DNA from: Limnothrix sp. BL-A-16 | GTDB taxonomy: Bacteria > Cyanobacteriota > Cyanobacteriia > CACIAM-69d | Length of the DNA stretch: 64,000 bases | Direction of reading: 5' to 3' | Assembly: GCA_041937175.2 (NCBI GenBank) | Contig: CP166615.1 | Coordinates: forward strand, 608,001-672,000 | In this document: one piece after another, positions 60,355 through 64,000 of the stretch | Layout of the letters: the number at the start of each line of letters is the position of its first letter | Numbering within the stretch: the stretch's first letter is position 1 | Made by a program: the position numbers and the translations under genes | The notes under the pieces: model-generated | What the model was told of the DNA's origin: nothing | Seen by the model: the letters and a program-made list of their open reading frames with translations, nothing else | The model's database searches: none

Positions 60355-61031
60355 CCACTTCCCTAACTGTCGCAACGGATCATTAAGGCTTGTTCATATA
60401 AGTTAACGATAACATCAGACCTTGGCCGGATTTCACCCGAGCCACCCTTTCAGGCTAATTTTCTTCAAAAATTGGGCCCATACGAGTCGTCCCTGGGGTC
60501 TCCAGATCGTAGCGGGTGGGCCTTGTCCGTTAGCAAATGGTGACGATTCCACGCCTTGAATCGTCAAGCTCCCACGATTTCGGGAGCCTTGAGCTAGCAT
60601 GAAAGAATAGATCAACTGGCAACTGAACCGATTGGTAAGCGTTGATCAAATTCATAGAATTTGCAGAGAGCTTCACCAGAAATTCGAGGAAGTTTGAGGG
60701 AGGTTTTATTTGAATTTTTCAGAAAATCAGGCCCTTTTCAAAGCTTGTGATCAATAGAGCTTAGGTTGTGGGAGATTGCAATTGAGCCGCTACTTTCAGC
60801 TCAGTTGAGACCCATTTTAGTTGAGATTTGGTTGATCCTTAATCGAGCCTTGGCTGAGTCTTGTCAGGATCTTGATTTGGAAAATTGATATTCGTTAGAT
60901 TTTCTTAAAGATTTGAAAATTGAAAAGCTACTCGTTGGTAATCGGGTTTACAGCTTGTTGGCAAAGGGGGTGTTAGCGTAGCGAAATCGTTCTATTCCCT
61001 TGATCTACCCTTGGCTCCTATCCCTGCAACC

Positions 61032-61391
61032 ATGGCACAAATTATCGATCCCATTCCCAATGACGATCGGCAAAAGCTCCTTTGCTGCTACGTCAATGCC
61101 ACGAGCAAGATTCAGGTTGCTCGGATCACGAACATTGCGAATTGGTATTTTGAACGGGTGGTTTTTCCGGGGCAGCGCTTGGTTTTTGAAGCACTGCCAG
61201 AAGCCCAACTGGAAATTCACACGGGCATGATGGCTAGCTCAATTCTTTCTGATCGCATTCCCTGTTTAGAATTGTCTTTTGAGGAAGACATGGAGAGTCT
61301 CATTGACTCGCCCGATCGTGCGAATGAAACCGTTAATCGGGAAACCGAAACCCGTTCCGATCCGGAACCGGCCGTTTCGGTTGGGGCCTAG
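61032..61391 (+). CDS. DUF1830 domain protein
   Basis: CCYVNATSKIQVARI....WYFERVVFPGQRLVFEA. Confidence 0.9.
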   Translation: MAQIIDPIPNDDRQKLLCCYVNATSKIQVARITNIANWYFERVVFPGQRLVFEALPEAQLEIHTGMMASSILSDRIPCLELSFEEDMESLIDSPDRANETVNRETETRSDPEPAVSVGA

Positions 61392-61689
61392 TGACCCATT
61401 AGTTGCTGGTCCAAAGACCGCCCAGAGGAGTAATGAGGCGGTCAGGGGGGACAGCTCGGGTCGGGCTTGGTGTGATGGATACGACGCTGAAGGTAGTGCT
61501 GAATTCTGAGGCCATGGCACTAGATGAGCAGCGCGAGACAGGCAGCGTAGATGTTAGGCTCGATGGAAGCGCTGCTATGGATCTCCGATGGTTAAGAAAT
61601 GCTGTGACATTTTGTTAACTGATTGTTAATTCATCGGGTGCTCCATCTCATCTTGCCATTTCAGTTTTGAGCAACTTGAGCGAATTGAT

Positions 61690-62157
61690 TTGAACCTGCC
61701 GGATTTTTTGTGGCTGTGGCGAATTGCCGCATGGTCAATGGGCCTGACGCTGACGGCCTATAGTTTGCTGGGTGTGACGGGAGTGGTGTTGAGGCGCGAT
61801 CGCTTAAGGTCTAGCGATCGCGCCTTAGCTATGGCAACTATGGCAACCATTCCAAGCTGGCTGCGGCCGTTGCACATCACCCTGGGCATTGGGTTGGTGG
61901 CGTTGGTGTTGCTGTTGCTGGGGGTGGGAATTGTCGGCACGCTGGGGCATTTTGGCCGCTTGGGCCACTCGCCCCACCTGCTGGCGGGGTTGACCGTGGT
62001 GGGGTTGGCGGGCTTGTCGGCTTGGAGTGCGAGCCGGATTGCGATCGAGCGTCCTTGGGCCCGATCGCTCCATTGGCGCACCAATTTGGTTTTGTGCTTG
62101 GCCTTGCTGTGGGTATTGGGAACGGGTTGGACTGTGGTGCAGAAGTACCTGCCCTAG
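61690..62157 (+). CDS. DUF4079-type membrane protein
   Basis: FLWLWRIAAWSMGL, LRPLH, GTLGH.G.LGHS.HL, WAR.LH. Confidence 0.82.
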   Translation: MNLPDFLWLWRIAAWSMGLTLTAYSLLGVTGVVLRRDRLRSSDRALAMATMATIPSWLRPLHITLGIGLVALVLLLLGVGIVGTLGHFGRLGHSPHLLAGLTVVGLAGLSAWSASRIAIERPWARSLHWRTNLVLCLALLWVLGTGWTVVQKYLP

Positions 62158-62164
62158 CCGTTGA

Positions 62165-63580
62165 TTAACCCTGTTGAGCAGCGATCGCGGTCTGATGTCG
62201 ATCGCGGGCGGCGGCCAAGGCCTCTCGCACCTGTGCAAACCCCGTTCCCCCAAAGCTATTGCGGGCGGCAATCACCTGCTGAGGCGCGATCGCCCCATAA
62301 ATATCGGCCTCAAATGCCGGGTGCAGCGCCTGCCATTCTTCGAGGGTCAAATCCTTCAGCAGCTTGCCCGCCTCCAAGCAGGTGCGCACCACCTTGCCCA
62401 CCAGGTTATAGGCTTCCCGGAAGGGCACGCCCTTCGCGGCCAAATAATCCGCCACGTCCGTCGCATTCGAGAAATCTTCGCTGACGGCCGCTTCCAACCG
62501 AGCTGTGCGGAAGCTCAATCCTTCGGAGAACAGAATGGTCATGGCTTCCAAGCAGCCTTGAACCGTCTTCACCGTGTCAAAGAGCGCTTCTTTATCCTCT
62601 TGCAGGTCTTTGTTGTAGGCCAGAGGCAACCCCTTCATCAGCACCAACAGGGCTTGCAGATGGCCAAATACGCGCCCGGTTTTGCCGCGCACCAATTCCG
62701 GCACGTCAGGGTTTTTCTTTTGGGGCATGATGCTGGAACCGGTGGAGCAGGTGTCGCCCAGTTTCACAAACCCAAATTCCTCAGAACACCAGAGGATCAC
62801 TTCCTCCGAGAGGCGCGACAGGTGAACCATGATCAAGCTGGCGGCGCAGAGAAACTCCACGGCAAAATCCCGATCGCTCACCCCATCGAGGCTATTGGCG
62901 TAGGGGTGATCGAACCCCAGCAGTTGGGCGGTGTAGTGGCGGTCGATCGGGAACGTTGTGCCCGCCAGGGCCCCGCTGCCCAAGGGACAAAGATTGGTGC
63001 GGCGGCGAATTTCGCCCAACCGCTCCCAGTCGCGAGCCGTCATTTCCACATAGGCCAGCAGGTGATGGGCCAGGCTCACCGGTTGGGCCCGTTGCAGGTG
63101 GGTGTAGCCCGGAATTGGCGTTTCCACATAGGTTTCCGCCAAAGTTAGCAGGGCCCCTTGGAACTCAAGCAATTGCTGGCGAATTTGGTCAATTTGGTTT
63201 CGCAAATACAGGCGCGTATCGGTTCCCACCTGATCATTGCGCGATCGAGCCGTGTGCAGCTTTTTGCCCGCATCGCCAATCAGTTCCGTGAGCCGTCGTT
63301 CCACCGCAAAGTGGACATCCTCCGCTTCCACACCCGGGTTGAACTGACCGGCACGATATTCCTGGCGAATTTGCTCTAAACCCGCCACAATCTGCTCGGC
63401 TTCCTCGGGGGCAATAATCCCCTGGTGACCCAACATCCGGGCATGGGACTGGGAACCGGTCAAATCATATTCAATTAGTTCAATATCAAACCCGATACTG
63501 GCATTAAAACGGGCGATCGCCGGATGCAACGCGCTTTCAAAACGTTGACTCCAGGTTTGGGTTTGGCTGGAATTGCTCAT
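62165..63580 (-). CDS. argH: Argininosuccinate lyase
   Basis: [53 protein letters not shown]. Confidence 0.99.
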   Translation of the reverse strand: MSNSSQTQTWSQRFESALHPAIARFNASIGFDIELIEYDLTGSQSHARMLGHQGIIAPEEAEQIVAGLEQIRQEYRAGQFNPGVEAEDVHFAVERRLTELIGDAGKKLHTARSRNDQVGTDTRLYLRNQIDQIRQQLLEFQGALLTLAETYVETPIPGYTHLQRAQPVSLAHHLLAYVEMTARDWERLGEIRRRTNLCPLGSGALAGTTFPIDRHYTAQLLGFDHPYANSLDGVSDRDFAVEFLCAASLIMVHLSRLSEEVILWCSEEFGFVKLGDTCSTGSSIMPQKKNPDVPELVRGKTGRVFGHLQALLVLMKGLPLAYNKDLQEDKEALFDTVKTVQGCLEAMTILFSEGLSFRTARLEAAVSEDFSNATDVADYLAAKGVPFREAYNLVGKVVRTCLEAGKLLKDLTLEEWQALHPAFEADIYGAIAPQQVIAARNSFGGTGFAQVREALAAARDRHQTAIAAQQG

Positions 63581-63725
63581 GGTGGGCAAGGGATCGACCG
63601 CCGCTCACGACAGTCAAAAGTGGCAATCAGGAACGGCAATCAGTATCCCATGCCAACGTTAAGGAAATGTGCTTATTGCGACGACAATCCCCAGCTTGCT
63701 GCCCACCATCGAAGCGGCATCTTCC

Positions 63726-63968
63726 TTAACCGTAGGTGGTGGCTTGGCGAATGATATATCCCAACACCAGACCGATCAGCATGGCCCAGATTTGCCCTGT
63801 TTGCACAAAATGAGACCAAAATCGCTGAACTTGACCCACAAAATCGGGAGTTTCAAACTGAGCCGCAAAGAGCGTGGGATGGGCCAGGCTGGGGCCGCCG
63901 GCCATCGCCCCTTGGGCCAAGCTGCCCAACAGGCACACCCCTAAGCAGCCAATCACAGCCCAAAGCAA
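63726..63968 (-). CDS. Hypothetical membrane protein, start may lie beyond window
   Basis: FVQTGQIWAMLIGLVLGY..R..T C-terminus. Confidence 0.65.
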   Translation of the reverse strand: MLWAVIGCLGVCLLGSLAQGAMAGGPSLAHPTLFAAQFETPDFVGQVQRFWSHFVQTGQIWAMLIGLVLGYIIRQATTYG

Positions 63969-64000
63969 GGCATTGACCCAGCTCGATCGTCGATCGACCC

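Noticed and set aside
62174..63148. Long antisense ORFs opposite argH (also opposite mnmG, alaS and the aminotransferase)
   Set aside because: Shadow ORFs typical of GC-rich codon usage; no recognisable motifs

Overview
Chromosomal segment of a cyanobacterium. Evidence: very dense HIP1 octamers GCGATCGC, psbM, glgA, a group-2 sigma factor, XisH/XisI and Uma2 genes; the genus cannot be established from the sequence alone. Most of the window is housekeeping: purU, coaX, pheS, anmK, def, glgA, mnmG, alaS, a class-V aminotransferase, psbM, peroxiredoxin, glutathione peroxidase, a radical SAM gene, argH and a probable 6S RNA. Three accessory blocks stand out. (1) 1-7600: TPR tandem-repeat protein, toxin/DUF2283 pair, a deleted xisH plus xisI between perfect 45-bp direct repeats, and a folK/pteridine-reductase/SDR group. 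(2) 13400-21000: a type I-C CRISPR-Cas locus without cas1/cas2, ordered cas5-cas8c-cas7-leader-array (27 x 37-bp repeats)-cas3. The cas3 ATG lies only 10 nt after the last intact repeat, and spacer 11 has the structure of a sense-strand intrinsic terminator. Together these suggest that crRNA processing and spacer content could control Cas3 expression (inference). (3) 40700-45870: a TA/defence-like island with an unannotated 57-aa/113-aa pair, xisHI, MNT plus a doubly inactivated HEPN gene, Uma2 and a nuclease-like/PIN pair. Intergenic DNA holds nested and chimeric miniature elements of three different terminal-repeat families sharing one central palindrome, GTAG-type REP hairpins and IS200/IS605-like end remnants. 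Product calls come from motif recognition only; no database searches were run.
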